A stretch of DNA of 64,000 nucleotides, from assembly GCA_031416315.1 (NCBI GenBank), contig JANOTL010000202.1, positions 14,257 to 78,256 of the forward strand. The letters are read 5' to 3'. This document shows, piece after piece, positions 27,560-37,780 of this stretch (its first letter is position 1; every line of letters starts with the position of its first letter). The notes under the pieces are model-generated. The model searched no databases. It saw only the letters and a program-made list of their open reading frames with translations, and was not told the origin of the DNA. A program made the translations under genes and the position numbers. This stretch comes from Pseudomonadota bacterium. GTDB lineage: Bacteria; Bdellovibrionota_B; Oligoflexia; Oligoflexales; CAIYRB01.

Positions 27560-30500
27560 TTACTGGGCCTTATCTAGAGGCGTCAGCGTCTCGTCATGCT
27601 GCGCCTGCGCCACCTCGTCCACCAACACGGCGCCGACGTAATAGCGCGGGAGCGCCTCGAGCGTCACCATGCTCGCGAGGACGCGATGCAGGTCTTCTGC
27701 CGAGTGCGCGCGATGCATGTCGGCCGCAAGGCGCCTTTGCACCGTGTCGATGGGAGCCGCATCGAGCTTCGCCGTGTCGTAGCTCTGGATGAGGGCGTGC
27801 GGGCCGGCGAGCTCGGCGGCGACGTCCCAATAGCGCAAGTCTTTGCCGGAGACGAAGGTCATGACGGCGTCGTTGGACGGCGTGACGACGTTCTCGATGC
27901 CGACGACGAAGGGGCGCGAGGGACCGAAGTGGCCGCTGAAGCTGACCTTGTCCTCTTTGTTGAAGAGCGTGAAGGCTAGAGACAGGTTGTCGAGCGTCGA
28001 AGCCTTTGGCGAGGCACCGAAGAAGGACGTGAACTCCTCGCGCAGCTCGGAGATCTCCATCGCGGCGCGGCCCGAGGCGACGGCCAGGGCCCGCAGCACG
28101 TAGAAGTGATGCCAAATCATCGAGCCGATGCGCTCGCGAATCTGCTCGGTGCCGTTCATCATGCAGTAAGCGAGCAGGTACTGGCCTTCGCCGACGTTGA
28201 GCCCCAGGAACCACGAGGTCTCGCGCTGCGCCCGGAGGCGGCCGTAGTGCCACGTCTTGAGCCAGCTGACCGGCTCCAAGGTGTAAGACGCAGGTTGGTA
28301 GATCGCATTCGCGACTTGAACCCGGCCCGGTTGCTCGGTCGGGGCTTGGCTCGAGAGCTCGAAGCCCGTTTTGCGCTCGATCATGATGCCGAGCTGCGAG
28401 CCGAACTGGTCGAGCTCCTGACGTCCGAACGCCGTCTCCTTGCCGTGCTTCGAGCCGACGTCCTCGATGAAGACGACGCCGAGCGACTGGAAGTTGGCGC
28501 GCAGCGGCACGAGGGCGGACATCTGCAGCACGCCGCCCCCGCCGCCACGGTCGCCCATGCTGGTGCCCAGGGTCTTGCTCTTCTGCGTCGACGTATGGCT
28601 CGGTCCCAGCGTGCTCGTCGACTCGAGGTCCTCGGAGCGCTGCGTCTTTTGCACGCGCGCAGGCGCACCGCCGACCACCATCGTGGAGCCTGCGTCGAAG
28701 TCCGCATCCGGCGCGGAGTCGCCGCCGCCGCCACCCATGAGGCCGATCTGCGTCCGCTCGTCGCCGGAAAGGTCGGTCGGCTCGCCGCCGTTGGCCGCGC
28801 GTGCCCACGGAGCGTCGCTCATCGGCAGGAAGAGGGTCGATCGAATGTTGATGTAGGGCTCGATGTAGTCGACGACGAGCTGGGTCTCCGGCCCCGGGTC
28901 GAGCGGCCAAATGACCTTAGGCTGGCCGCCTTCGGGTACCATGATGCAGTGGATGCGGCCCGAGTTGTAGTGCTTCGCCAGGGTGGCGAAGGAGACGGCG
29001 AGGTCTTCCGCGAGCTGCGTGTCGGTCTCGGCCGCGTCGCAGACGTGGTTCAAGTGCTCGATAAAGAGGCGCGACGGCAGGAACTCGCCGCTGGTCTCGC
29101 TGCGGTCGCGGGTCGTGGAAGTCGCCGCGAGCGCCGCTTCCTTCAGGAAGATGCCGCGCTTTTCCATGAGCTTGCGCGAATAGTCGACGACGGTCTTCAG
29201 CTCGAGCTTGTGCGCGAGGAGGAAGGCGCGGCGCACGTAGTCGGATTTCTTTTGGCCGCGGTCCAGCAGGTGGGTCCCGAACCACAGGTAGGCGAAGACT
29301 TGGACCAAGTTGTTGCCTGCGACCTTACCGCTCTTCATGGCGTTGTCGTACATGCTGCGGATCTGCTTGTCGGAGTTCTTGGCCGCGATGAGCTCGATGA
29401 CGCGCGCCATCATGAGTTGCGGGATGGCGCGATGCTCCCAACCCTTGATGCGCGAGATCCGGCGCTTAAGCCGCGGGAGAAACTCGGCCATCTCGTCGGT
29501 GCGCATCAGCTGGCGTCCGTGCTCCTGCTCGAAGATGATCGGGAAGGTGAAAGCGACCAGGCCGATGAAATCTTCCTCGAACGGATAGAGGAACTCCTGC
29601 TCGGCGACGAAGCCGCGCACGGTGATGATGTAGGCTTCGCGCGTCTTGTCGATCTCGCCGCGCGCGAAGGCGATGATGGTGTGGATCACCTTGGTGAAGA
29701 GATCGTGGCCGCGGCCGGCGACCTTCTGCCGGCGCTTCAAAAACATCTCGCCGTGGCGCACGATGTTGTCGCGCGACCCTTGGAGGAGATAGCCGAAGAG
29801 CATCATCGCCATATAGCGCGGCGACAGCCAGTTGCGCGTCGGGATCGTGTCCGGCATACGTTGGCTGTAGTGGTAGACGCCCGTGAAATTACAGCGCGTC
29901 AGCTCGCGGAAGATCTTGAAGAGGAGGCCTTCCCCGTAGGCTAGGCGGTCCTCGTTCGGTTTCAGAAACTCCATGGCAGTCTTCAGGTGGTCGGAGACCT
30001 CCTCGTGACGGCCCTTGACGTAATCGATCGTTAAGACGCGCAAAAGGGCGATGTAGCCGAAGACCGACTTCAGCTGCAAGCCGCGCGCGAGGTCCATCGC
30101 GAGCTCGAGATAGAAGTAGGCATTGCGCGCGAAACCTAGATAGCCCAGAAGAGCCGCGCGTTGCGCTACGACGCGCAGAATCGACGCCGGTGAGCCGCGT
30201 CCCGCGAGCGCTTCGCCCAACGCGTAATTGTGGTGTACTAGGGCGAGCATGCGCCGGTCACGTTGGTTAAGAAGTGTTCCGGCCAGATGGATACGGATCG
30301 CGGAGTGCGTTCTGTCGAGGGCCTCGGGGTCTTGACCGCGGCCCGCATGCGCTGCATGCAGCGCGCGGTAGAGACGCTTCTTGCGCTTGTTGAGCGGGAG
30401 CGCGTCGATCATGAGCGATGCGACGAGCATGAACTTCTCGTAGCCGTTGACCATCACCTGCTTGCGACGCAGCATGCGCAGCGCGTAGGAGATCAGCTTC

Positions 30501-33220
30501 GAGGTCTCGCTCATGACCCCGCCGATGAGCTGCAGATAGATCGCCTTGCAGGCGATCGCGGCATGCATCGCGACCGGGAGCTTCTGGCCCAGAAGGTCGC
30601 GGAACATCTTCAGCGCCTTGCCGTGCAGCTTCTGTTGAGCGGCCAGATCGGCAAGCGTCTCGACGACTTGAGCGCGCGCCTCGGCGGTCGAGATCTGGTC
30701 TTTCCAGGTCGCCATGATCCGCCAGGCGTTCTCGTAGTAACGCTCGGCGGTTTGCCAGGAGCCCGTCTTGTAAGCGCAGGCGCCGGCCTTGATGTTGAAC
30801 TTGAGCGCACGCTCCGCGAGCTGCTTGTCCTCCGTTTGACCAGAGACCCCGAGGGCGGAGTTGAAATGGTGAGCGAGCGAGAACAGGGTCTTATCGGAGG
30901 GCTCGGGGACGGCGCCCTCGAGCTTCTCGCCGATCAGCTTGTGCAGCTCGCAGCGCTTGTCTTCTTCGATGGACTCGTAGATCGCGTCGCGCGCCTTCTT
31001 GTGCGCGAACATGAAAGTTTTGCCGAGGTGCTTCAGGTCGGGGTCGTCGGTGACCCGGATGACGAGGCCCTCGTCGATGGCGCGCTGCACGGCCTTCATC
31101 ACCGGCACCGACTGCGAGCGTCCGCCGAGGAGCAGGACCTCGAACTGGAAAGTGAGGCCGATGGTCGCGGCAATGCCGAGCACCTGACGGTCGAACTCGC
31201 CGTAGTCTTGAATGCGCGACAGGATGAGGTCGATCGTATTGAGCTGGATCTGCGTCTTGCGGACGGCCTTGAGATCGAACTCCCAGTCGCCGCCAGTCGT
31301 CTTGGGATAGATCAAGTCGCGGGCGACCAGCGTGCGCGAGAGCTCGACCAGGTGCATGGGGTTGCCCTTGGACTGCTCTTCCAGATACTGCACGAGCTCG
31401 TCGGTGACGCTGTCCGGGGAGGAGAGCATGTTGCCGACGACGGAGCGGATGGCGTCGATCGAGATGCGCTCGAGCTCGACCTCCTGATAGCGGCGCTTGA
31501 GCTTCTTGAACTTCTCGATGAAGTGCTCGTAGCGCTCGTTGTGCAGGTGCAAGCCGGTGCGCTGCGTCACGACGAGGTAGAACTGGAGCGTGTTGGCGTT
31601 GGAGAAGAACGAGTCGATCAGGTCGAGGCTCTTCGCGTCGGCCCAGTGCAGGTCCTGGAACATGAACACGACCGGCTGGTTGTCGGTGCCCAAGCAGCGC
31701 GTGAAGTCGGAGAAGGCCTTGGCGAAGGTCTGGAAGGCTTGCTCGTTGCCGAGGACGTCGCCGGCGGTCGTCGTCGTCTCGGTCGAGCCTTCCTCGGATT
31801 CCGGGATGTCGAGGAGAAAGGGCTTAAGGCCCGGGACGATCTCGGCGATCTTGTGCGCGGCTGGGCCGATGGTGGCGCGGATGCGGCGGCGCAGCTCCTC
31901 CGCCTCGTGCGGACGGCGCTTGATGACGCTGTGAAGATACTCGTTGAAGGCGTTCGCGAGCGCGTTGAATGGCAGCGCGTTCTCGTGCTGCGAGAAGCTG
32001 CCGGAAACGAAGCGTACGTTGCGCCGCGCGAGGTAGCCTTGGAACTCGGCGATAAGGCGCGACTTGCCGATGCCGGCGCCGCCTTTGACGAGCGTGATGC
32101 GGGCGCGGCCGCGCGGCTTCGCGACGTCTTCGTAGTCGGTGATGAGCTGCTTCAGCTCCTTGTCGCGGCCCACGATCGAGAGCTGGGCCGACACGGCCTG
32201 GAAGCGGTCCTTCAAGCCAAGCGGAAAGCTGATGCCCTGCGGGCGGCCGCCGGCCTTCTCGAAGAGCGTTTTCGCTCGCATCAGGTCGGCGTGCAGCGAG
32301 AAGGCCGTCTGATAGCGGTCGGTCGGATGCTTTGCGAGGAGCTTGTGGACGATCTTCTCGACCAGGGGCGGGACGTCCGGCCGCAGGTTCGTGAGCGGCT
32401 CGGGGTCGGCGAAGACGTGCTGCTTCTCCAGCTTCTCACGCGAATTCGCGCTGAAGGGCGGCTTGCCGGCGAGAAGCTCGTAGAGCACGCAGCCGAGCGA
32501 GTAGAGGTCGACGCGGTGGTCGACGGGCGCGTCCATGAGCGGGGTCTGCTCCGGCGCCATGTAGAGTGGCGTGCCGGCAGCCTCGTCGTTGCTGATGCCC
32601 TTCTGAGAGCCTTCTTTGCCGTCTTTGGCGCTATAGTGCATCGCCTCGGCGAGACGGGCGACGCCAAAGTCCAGGACCTTCACGAGCACGCCGCGCTGAT
32701 CGCGAAATGCTTGGCCGACGATGATGTTGTGCGGCTTGATGTCGCGGTGGATGATGTTCTTGCCGTGCGTGTAGTCGAGCGCGGACGTGACTTGCAGGCC
32801 TACCTGGAAGAAGTAAGCGAGGTCTTTTCGCCCGTCGCGCACCAAGCTGTCTTTTAGGTTGGTGCCGTCGGCGATTTCCATGACGATGTAGTAGCCGCTG
32901 CCGAGCTGGTCTTCCTCGCCCGCGTCGAGCTCACCGTCTCTGCCGTAAAGGCCGAGCTCGTGGAAGACGACGATGTTCGGGTGGTGCAGCTGCGACATCA
33001 GCGAGGCTTCCTTCTGGAAGCGCATGAGATCGTCGTAGCCTAGCTTTCCGGCGCGCTGGATGACTTTGATGGCCACCGAGTGCGAGGGATCGTCGAAGGG
33101 AATCGCCTTGAAGACGGCGCCCATGCCGCCGCGCCCGATCTCGCCTGTAATACAGTAGCGATCGGCGATGCGTTTTCCGACGAGCCTGTTGGCCTGATTC
33201 GACAAAGTCTTCTCCTGCAC
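27560..33220 (-). CDS. Hanks Ser/Thr kinase - AAA/STAND ATPase - TPR-like - GAF-like - degenerate PP2C-like multidomain protein (alternative start TTG 33205)
   Basis: GRGGMG, VAIK, HRDIKPHN, DFG, YMAPE; GGAGIGKS; QDLHWAD; GNP; LAHHF; GAF-like LVPL...LGVVFIE. Confidence 0.9.
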   Translation of the reverse strand: MQEKTLSNQANRLVGKRIADRYCITGEIGRGGMGAVFKAIPFDDPSHSVAIKVIQRAGKLGYDDLMRFQKEASLMSQLHHPNIVVFHELGLYGRDGELDAGEEDQLGSGYYIVMEIADGTNLKDSLVRDGRKDLAYFFQVGLQVTSALDYTHGKNIIHRDIKPHNIIVGQAFRDQRGVLVKVLDFGVARLAEAMHYSAKDGKEGSQKGISNDEAAGTPLYMAPEQTPLMDAPVDHRVDLYSLGCVLYELLAGKPPFSANSREKLEKQHVFADPEPLTNLRPDVPPLVEKIVHKLLAKHPTDRYQTAFSLHADLMRAKTLFEKAGGRPQGISFPLGLKDRFQAVSAQLSIVGRDKELKQLITDYEDVAKPRGRARITLVKGGAGIGKSRLIAEFQGYLARRNVRFVSGSFSQHENALPFNALANAFNEYLHSVIKRRPHEAEELRRRIRATIGPAAHKIAEIVPGLKPFLLDIPESEEGSTETTTTAGDVLGNEQAFQTFAKAFSDFTRCLGTDNQPVVFMFQDLHWADAKSLDLIDSFFSNANTLQFYLVVTQRTGLHLHNERYEHFIEKFKKLKRRYQEVELERISIDAIRSVVGNMLSSPDSVTDELVQYLEEQSKGNPMHLVELSRTLVARDLIYPKTTGGDWEFDLKAVRKTQIQLNTIDLILSRIQDYGEFDRQVLGIAATIGLTFQFEVLLLGGRSQSVPVMKAVQRAIDEGLVIRVTDDPDLKHLGKTFMFAHKKARDAIYESIEEDKRCELHKLIGEKLEGAVPEPSDKTLFSLAHHFNSALGVSGQTEDKQLAERALKFNIKAGACAYKTGSWQTAERYYENAWRIMATWKDQISTAEARAQVVETLADLAAQQKLHGKALKMFRDLLGQKLPVAMHAAIACKAIYLQLIGGVMSETSKLISYALRMLRRKQVMVNGYEKFMLVASLMIDALPLNKRKKRLYRALHAAHAGRGQDPEALDRTHSAIRIHLAGTLLNQRDRRMLALVHHNYALGEALAGRGSPASILRVVAQRAALLGYLGFARNAYFYLELAMDLARGLQLKSVFGYIALLRVLTIDYVKGRHEEVSDHLKTAMEFLKPNEDRLAYGEGLLFKIFRELTRCNFTGVYHYSQRMPDTIPTRNWLSPRYMAMMLFGYLLQGSRDNIVRHGEMFLKRRQKVAGRGHDLFTKVIHTIIAFARGEIDKTREAYIITVRGFVAEQEFLYPFEEDFIGLVAFTFPIIFEQEHGRQLMRTDEMAEFLPRLKRRISRIKGWEHRAIPQLMMARVIELIAAKNSDKQIRSMYDNAMKSGKVAGNNLVQVFAYLWFGTHLLDRGQKKSDYVRRAFLLAHKLELKTVVDYSRKLMEKRGIFLKEAALAATSTTRDRSETSGEFLPSRLFIEHLNHVCDAAETDTQLAEDLAVSFATLAKHYNSGRIHCIMVPEGGQPKVIWPLDPGPETQLVVDYIEPYINIRSTLFLPMSDAPWARAANGGEPTDLSGDERTQIGLMGGGGGDSAPDADFDAGSTMVVGGAPARVQKTQRSEDLESTSTLGPSHTSTQKSKTLGTSMGDRGGGGGVLQMSALVPLRANFQSLGVVFIEDVGSKHGKETAFGRQELDQFGSQLGIMIERKTGFELSSQAPTEQPGRVQVANAIYQPASYTLEPVSWLKTWHYGRLRAQRETSWFLGLNVGEGQYLLAYCMMNGTEQIRERIGSMIWHHFYVLRALAVASGRAAMEISELREEFTSFFGASPKASTLDNLSLAFTLFNKEDKVSFSGHFGPSRPFVVGIENVVTPSNDAVMTFVSGKDLRYWDVAAELAGPHALIQSYDTAKLDAAPIDTVQRRLAADMHRAHSAEDLHRVLASMVTLEALPRYYVGAVLVDEVAQAQHDETLTPLDKAQ

Positions 33221-33225
33221 CGTAG

Positions 33226-33253
33226 CTATCGGAGCTGGCAGGAACTATCTGAA
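33226..33253 (-). promoter_or_regulatory. sigma28/FliA-like promoter
   Basis: Minus strand TTCAG-N15-TCCGATAG; fits a TTG start at 33205 with an AGGAG RBS. Confidence 0.45.
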
Positions 33254-33311
33254 GGCCCGAGGAGCTCCGGCCCGTGTTAGGATGGGGGGGCACCCCTCGA
33301 GGCACTCCCGC

Positions 33312-33980
33312 ATGGCCGGTCCGGAGCTGACGCAGCTGTTTCTGCTCGTAGGAACTGGCGTCATTTGCGGTTTTTTCAGCTCGACTCCATTGGGCGTGAT
33401 CAACCTCTGGGTCGTCGACGCCGCGCTCGCCAAGCGCGAGCACACCATGAAGGCGTTCGTCGCGGGCGTGATCGTGGCGGACATCGCCTATGCGGCGATC
33501 GCGGCTTGGGGTTTCCACGCATTTTTGTCGGAAGGCCCGTTCGGCCGCTGGTTGGAGCTCGTCGGCGGCGGCTTCCTGGTCGTCGTCGGCGGACTGAATC
33601 TTTGGAAGGCGCGCGCGTCGAGTGCGACCGGGGCGACAAAGGCCGTGCCGGCGGTGCTCGGCGGAGGCCTCGGGACGAAAAAGATTCGCGACTTCGCCCT
33701 TGGGGCCTTCTTGTGCGGCTCGAACCCTGCGTTTTTGATGTTTTGGCTCTTTTGCATCAAAAAGATCGAAGAGTACGAGCACATCCTCCTCACCGATGCC
33801 AACGTCTACGCCTTTCTCGGGGGCATCGGGCTCGGCGACGCCCTCTGGTTTCATCTTCTCACCAAAGTGGTCCACCGGGGTCAGAAGGCCGTGCGGCCCA
33901 AGGCCCTCAACGTCATCAGCTCGGTGATCGCCGTACTCTTCGTCGCCGCCGGGCTCGCCGCCGTCGTCAAAGCCTTCTAG
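33312..33980 (+). CDS. LysE/RhtB-family translocator
   Basis: PLGVINL, G..VADI.YA, NPAFLMFW; multiple TM segments. Confidence 0.82.
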   Translation: MAGPELTQLFLLVGTGVICGFFSSTPLGVINLWVVDAALAKREHTMKAFVAGVIVADIAYAAIAAWGFHAFLSEGPFGRWLELVGGGFLVVVGGLNLWKARASSATGATKAVPAVLGGGLGTKKIRDFALGAFLCGSNPAFLMFWLFCIKKIEEYEHILLTDANVYAFLGGIGLGDALWFHLLTKVVHRGQKAVRPKALNVISSVIAVLFVAAGLAAVVKAF

Positions 33981-34081
33981 GTGTCTCGCCGTCGGAGGAG
34001 AACTGGACTATAATCGTCCAATACTCCAGACTTATTGAGCGACACTCAGACCTGTGCGGACGCTGCAAAGGTGGACTACCC

Positions 34082-35068
34082 TTGGCCAAGATCGTGGAAG
34101 AATCGCGCCTGCGCCCCCTGACGAAGCCCCTGTCCTTGCCGAGCTGGGACGAGCTCTGCGCCCATACCGCCCGAAAAGCCCGCACTCCCGAAGGGCGCGC
34201 TTTCCTCGCCGAGGTCGAGGAGCTGAAGACGGCGCCGCCGCGCTTCGGTTACCGCGTGGCGCGCAAGGTCGTCACGACGCTCCTGCGCGACCCTTTCTAT
34301 CAGAAGTTTCTGACTTGCACGCTCGGCGACATCGTCGACATGCTGGCCGATCAGGTCGTGCGCAACCAGGAGATCGAGAAGGACGCGTCGACGCTGCCGA
34401 CCTCGGCGCCGCTTTCCGACCGCGCCGGGACACGCATTTTCAGGCCGTACAACCAGATGCCATGCACGCGCGGCACGGCCGTCCGGCGCGTCGCCAAGGC
34501 CTTGGAGCTGGCGCAGAAGGACGATCCGATCCTCCTTCTCGGGGACGACGACCTGGTTAGCGTCGAGCTCGCTGCGGCGGGCTTTACCAAGGTCACGGCA
34601 GTCGACATCGACGCCAAGGTGCTCACGGAGATCGAAAAACTTTGTAAAGAGCAGGACCTCAACGTGCGGCGCGTGGAGCAGGATCTGTCGAAGCCCCTCC
34701 CCCTCTCGCTCTACGACGACTACAAGCTCGTCGCCTTCGACCCCTGCTATACGATCCCGAGCGTCCAACTCTTTCTCGACGCCGGCCTCGAGCTGTCGCG
34801 CCGATCGAGCGGGACGCACTTCTTCCTCAGCCTGCACACCATGTCGCTCATGCGCCACGGGCTTCCGGAGTTCTCACAGGCCCTGTCTGCACGAGGCCTC
34901 GATCTCGTCGAATTCCACCAGGGATTCAACGCCTATCCTGCCCCCTCGCGGCTAAAAAGCTTGATTCATCTCGTGAACAAGATTGTAATCGGCTCGAAAA
35001 CCTTGGCGACCGAGGGTCACGGATTCCCGTTCTTCCTTTCGGATGCGCTGCTTCTACGCAAGGCGTAG
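34082..35068 (+). CDS. branched-chain polyamine synthase-like aminopropyltransferase (BpsA/DUF43 family); start approximate
   Basis: YNQ...TAVRRV, LLLGDDDLVS, VDID, DLSKPLP, FDPCYT...FL. Confidence 0.8.
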   Translation: MAKIVEESRLRPLTKPLSLPSWDELCAHTARKARTPEGRAFLAEVEELKTAPPRFGYRVARKVVTTLLRDPFYQKFLTCTLGDIVDMLADQVVRNQEIEKDASTLPTSAPLSDRAGTRIFRPYNQMPCTRGTAVRRVAKALELAQKDDPILLLGDDDLVSVELAAAGFTKVTAVDIDAKVLTEIEKLCKEQDLNVRRVEQDLSKPLPLSLYDDYKLVAFDPCYTIPSVQLFLDAGLELSRRSSGTHFFLSLHTMSLMRHGLPEFSQALSARGLDLVEFHQGFNAYPAPSRLKSLIHLVNKIVIGSKTLATEGHGFPFFLSDALLLRKA

Positions 35069-35070
35069 CT

Positions 35071-36606
35071 ATGGCCCCCGATCCGGTCGCGAATCTTTCG
35101 ATCTCCACCGAAGGCCTGCCAGCCCTCACCGGCTTCAAGGCCTTTCAATCCGGTCACCGCGTCAGGCACTGCAAGATCGTCGGCACGCTCGGTCCCTCGT
35201 CCTCGGACGAGAAGACGCTGCGGGCCCTCGTCGATGCAGGCTTGGACATCGCCCGGCTCAACTTCTCGCACGGCTCGCACGAGACGCATCGCAAGAACAT
35301 CGAGCTCGTCCGGAAAGTCGCGCGCGAAGCCGGGCGTCACGTCGCGATCCTGCAGGACTTGCAAGGGCCGAAGATCCGCGTCGGCAAGCTCACGGGCGAC
35401 CAGATGGAGATCGTCGCGGGCGCCACGTACGTGCTTCAGTTCGGCGTCGAGCAAACCTCGCCGACGGTCATCCCGATCGACTATCGCGAGCTCGTTCACG
35501 ACGTCGCGGAAGGGCAGCGCGTCCTGATGGACGACGGCCTGCTCAGCCTCAAGATCGAGAAAATTCAGGGCGACGCCGTGCACGTGCGCTGTCTCGACGG
35601 CGGCACGCTCAAGAACCGAAAGGGCGTGAACTTCCCCGACGCCAAGCTCTCCCTCCCCGCTCTGACCGAGAAAGACAGCCGCGACCTCCTCTTCGGCGTG
35701 AGTCACGGCGTCGACTTCGTCGCCCTATCTTTCGTCCAAGACCCCGAGGACGTGCTGCAGGTCAAAAAGATGATCGCGGCGCTCGGGTCCGACATCCCCG
35801 TGGTCGCGAAGATCGAGAAGCTCTCGGCGATGGACTGTATCGACGAGATCGCGGCGGTCGCAGACGGCCTCATGGTCGCGCGCGGCGACTTGGGCGTCGA
35901 AGGCTCGGTCGAGCGCGTGCCCGGCTTCCAGAAGCGCATCATCGAGGCGGCCGCGAAAAAGTCCCGACCCGTCATCGTCGCCACGCAGATGCTCGAGTCG
36001 ATGATCGAAAACCCGCAGGCGACCCTGGCCGAGATGGCCGACGTCGCCAACGGCGTCCTCGACGGCGCCGACTGCTTGATGCTGTCCGGTGAGGTGGCGA
36101 GCGGGAAATATCCAGTCGCGGCCGTGAAGCAGATGGTCTCGATCATCGAGCAGGTCGAAGGTTGGACGTTCAAGAACCCCGAACGTTACGAGAGCGACTC
36201 CTTCGAGCCGATGATGCAGTCGGGCGACAACAAGGACCGCTGGGAAGAGCACGAAGCCGTGGCCCGCGCTGCATGCGAAGCCGCCGACGCTCTGGGCGCG
36301 AAAGCCATCGTCTGCCTGACGCTCACCGGCTCGATCGCACGCTCGGTCGCGCGCTGGCGCCCGACGACGCCGATCATCGCCATCAGCCCGCGCAAAGACG
36401 TGATCCAGCGCTTGGTGATGGTGTGGGGCGTCTACGGGATGCAGAACCCGCTGTTCTACAATACTGACGTCTTGCTCCAGGACGTGCCGCAGCTGTTGAA
36501 GAATCTCAACATCGTCAAGACGGACGAGATCGTCGTGATTACGGCGGGGATTCCGATCAATCAGATGCGGCCGACCAATATGGTCAAGATCAATCGGATC
36601 CCGTAA
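35071..36606 (+). CDS. pyk: pyruvate kinase
   Basis: KIVGTLGP, ARLNFSHG, DLQGPKIR, MVARGDLGVE, ATQMLESM. Confidence 0.97.
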   Translation: MAPDPVANLSISTEGLPALTGFKAFQSGHRVRHCKIVGTLGPSSSDEKTLRALVDAGLDIARLNFSHGSHETHRKNIELVRKVAREAGRHVAILQDLQGPKIRVGKLTGDQMEIVAGATYVLQFGVEQTSPTVIPIDYRELVHDVAEGQRVLMDDGLLSLKIEKIQGDAVHVRCLDGGTLKNRKGVNFPDAKLSLPALTEKDSRDLLFGVSHGVDFVALSFVQDPEDVLQVKKMIAALGSDIPVVAKIEKLSAMDCIDEIAAVADGLMVARGDLGVEGSVERVPGFQKRIIEAAAKKSRPVIVATQMLESMIENPQATLAEMADVANGVLDGADCLMLSGEVASGKYPVAAVKQMVSIIEQVEGWTFKNPERYESDSFEPMMQSGDNKDRWEEHEAVARAACEAADALGAKAIVCLTLTGSIARSVARWRPTTPIIAISPRKDVIQRLVMVWGVYGMQNPLFYNTDVLLQDVPQLLKNLNIVKTDEIVVITAGIPINQMRPTNMVKINRIP

Positions 36607-36699
36607 CGGGGAGACGCGTCGAAGGGATGGACGCCGAGTCCCGTTGAGGCGCGCCAACGGAGGACACGGCCAGGGCCACGTCCAACGTTTGCGTGAGCC

Positions 36700-37650
36700 C
36701 TACGGCTGCGCCTCCGCCTCCGGCACAGTCCCAGATCCGCCCATCTCGCTCTCGCCTTCCTGCAAGCCCAAACCCTGCACGAGCTGGATGATCGACATGA
36801 TGTTGCCGCCGCCGCCGCCCTTGACCAGGTTCAGGACCTGGCCGAGCTGACCGCCGGAGAGGGAGGAGAGGAGGCCTTGGATGTTGCCGTTGGCTCCGCC
36901 GCCGAGGAGGCCCATGATCTGATTGATGAGGGCGCCGTTGCCGCCAGCGCCAGTTGCGCCGCCGGAGCCGGTCGTGGTCCCGCTGCCGGTGGTCGTGGCG
37001 CTGCCCGTCGTGGTCGTAGCGCTCGAGGTGGTTGTGGTGGTCGAGCCGGCGTCGGCGACGATCTCGACTTCGTAACGGTCGCTCACGACGTCGAAGGCGT
37101 CATTGCTGCCGACGACGCCGAAGTCGGCTTCCCTGATGTCGCAGCTCGTCGAGCCGGAGGCCTCGCACTTGGCCTTGTCGCGGAGGATGAAGCGTAGATT
37201 GTGCTTGCCGAGCTTCGGCTTGGCCCAGACGATCGCGACGTCGGCGCCGGAATGGCTGAGGCTCGGACCGCCGGGCGTCGGCGTTTCGAGGAGGCCGAGG
37301 ATCAAGTCCTTGCCGCCGTCGGTCAGCGTGAACGGGATCGACATCGCCTCACTCTGCGGGAACTTCAGCTCGGCGGTGTCCTTGCGCTCGATCGAGATCG
37401 CGGCGCCGGTGTCGGTACCGCCGGTGTTGCCGCCGGTGGTGGTCGTCGCGCTAGCGGTCGTGCCGCCCGCAGCGGTCGTAGCGCCGGCGATGGCTTCGCC
37501 GCCGCCCGTTCTCTTCACGGGAGGCTTCGGCGCGTTGGAGCTGCAGGCGGCGCCGAACGCGACGAGGGCGAAAGAGGTGCCGAACACGCAAGCGCGCGCG
37601 GCGGTCACGAAGGCAGGGGCGAGGACGCGCGGCGTCACGGGCGACTCCAT
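36700..37650 (-). CDS. lipoprotein with Thr/Gly-rich linkers and Gly/Leu-rich C-terminal helices
   Basis: FGAAC lipobox; central beta domain; low-complexity flanks. Confidence 0.7.
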   Translation of the reverse strand: MESPVTPRVLAPAFVTAARACVFGTSFALVAFGAACSSNAPKPPVKRTGGGEAIAGATTAAGGTTASATTTTGGNTGGTDTGAAISIERKDTAELKFPQSEAMSIPFTLTDGGKDLILGLLETPTPGGPSLSHSGADVAIVWAKPKLGKHNLRFILRDKAKCEASGSTSCDIREADFGVVGSNDAFDVVSDRYEVEIVADAGSTTTTTSSATTTTGSATTTGSGTTTGSGGATGAGGNGALINQIMGLLGGGANGNIQGLLSSLSGGQLGQVLNLVKGGGGGNIMSIIQLVQGLGLQEGESEMGGSGTVPEAEAQP

Positions 37651-37688
37651 GCTGGAAAAGAGAGCTGGGCAGTAGCGTTGCTTTTTCT

Positions 37689-37716
37689 TGATCGGCAGAC
37701 CGGGGACGAAACTTTA
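37689..37716 (-). promoter_or_regulatory. sigma28/FliA-like promoter
   Basis: Minus strand TAAAG-N15-GCCGATCA (TAAAGTTT extended -35). Confidence 0.65.
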
Positions 37717-37780
37717 GCAAACGACCGAAGTCGGTGTTTCTCGCCGTAAAATCAGCGGGGAGAAACCACCGGCTTGCGGC

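Noticed and set aside
28106..32857. Long plus-strand ORFs (612 and 864 aa), and similar shadows such as 55346-57223 and 5296-6774
   Set aside because: Antisense shadows of well-supported genes, expected in high-GC DNA
33981..34081. SAM or other riboswitch upstream of the BpsA-like gene
   Set aside because: Only a short dyad (tggac-tataatc-gtcca); no known aptamer consensus recognised
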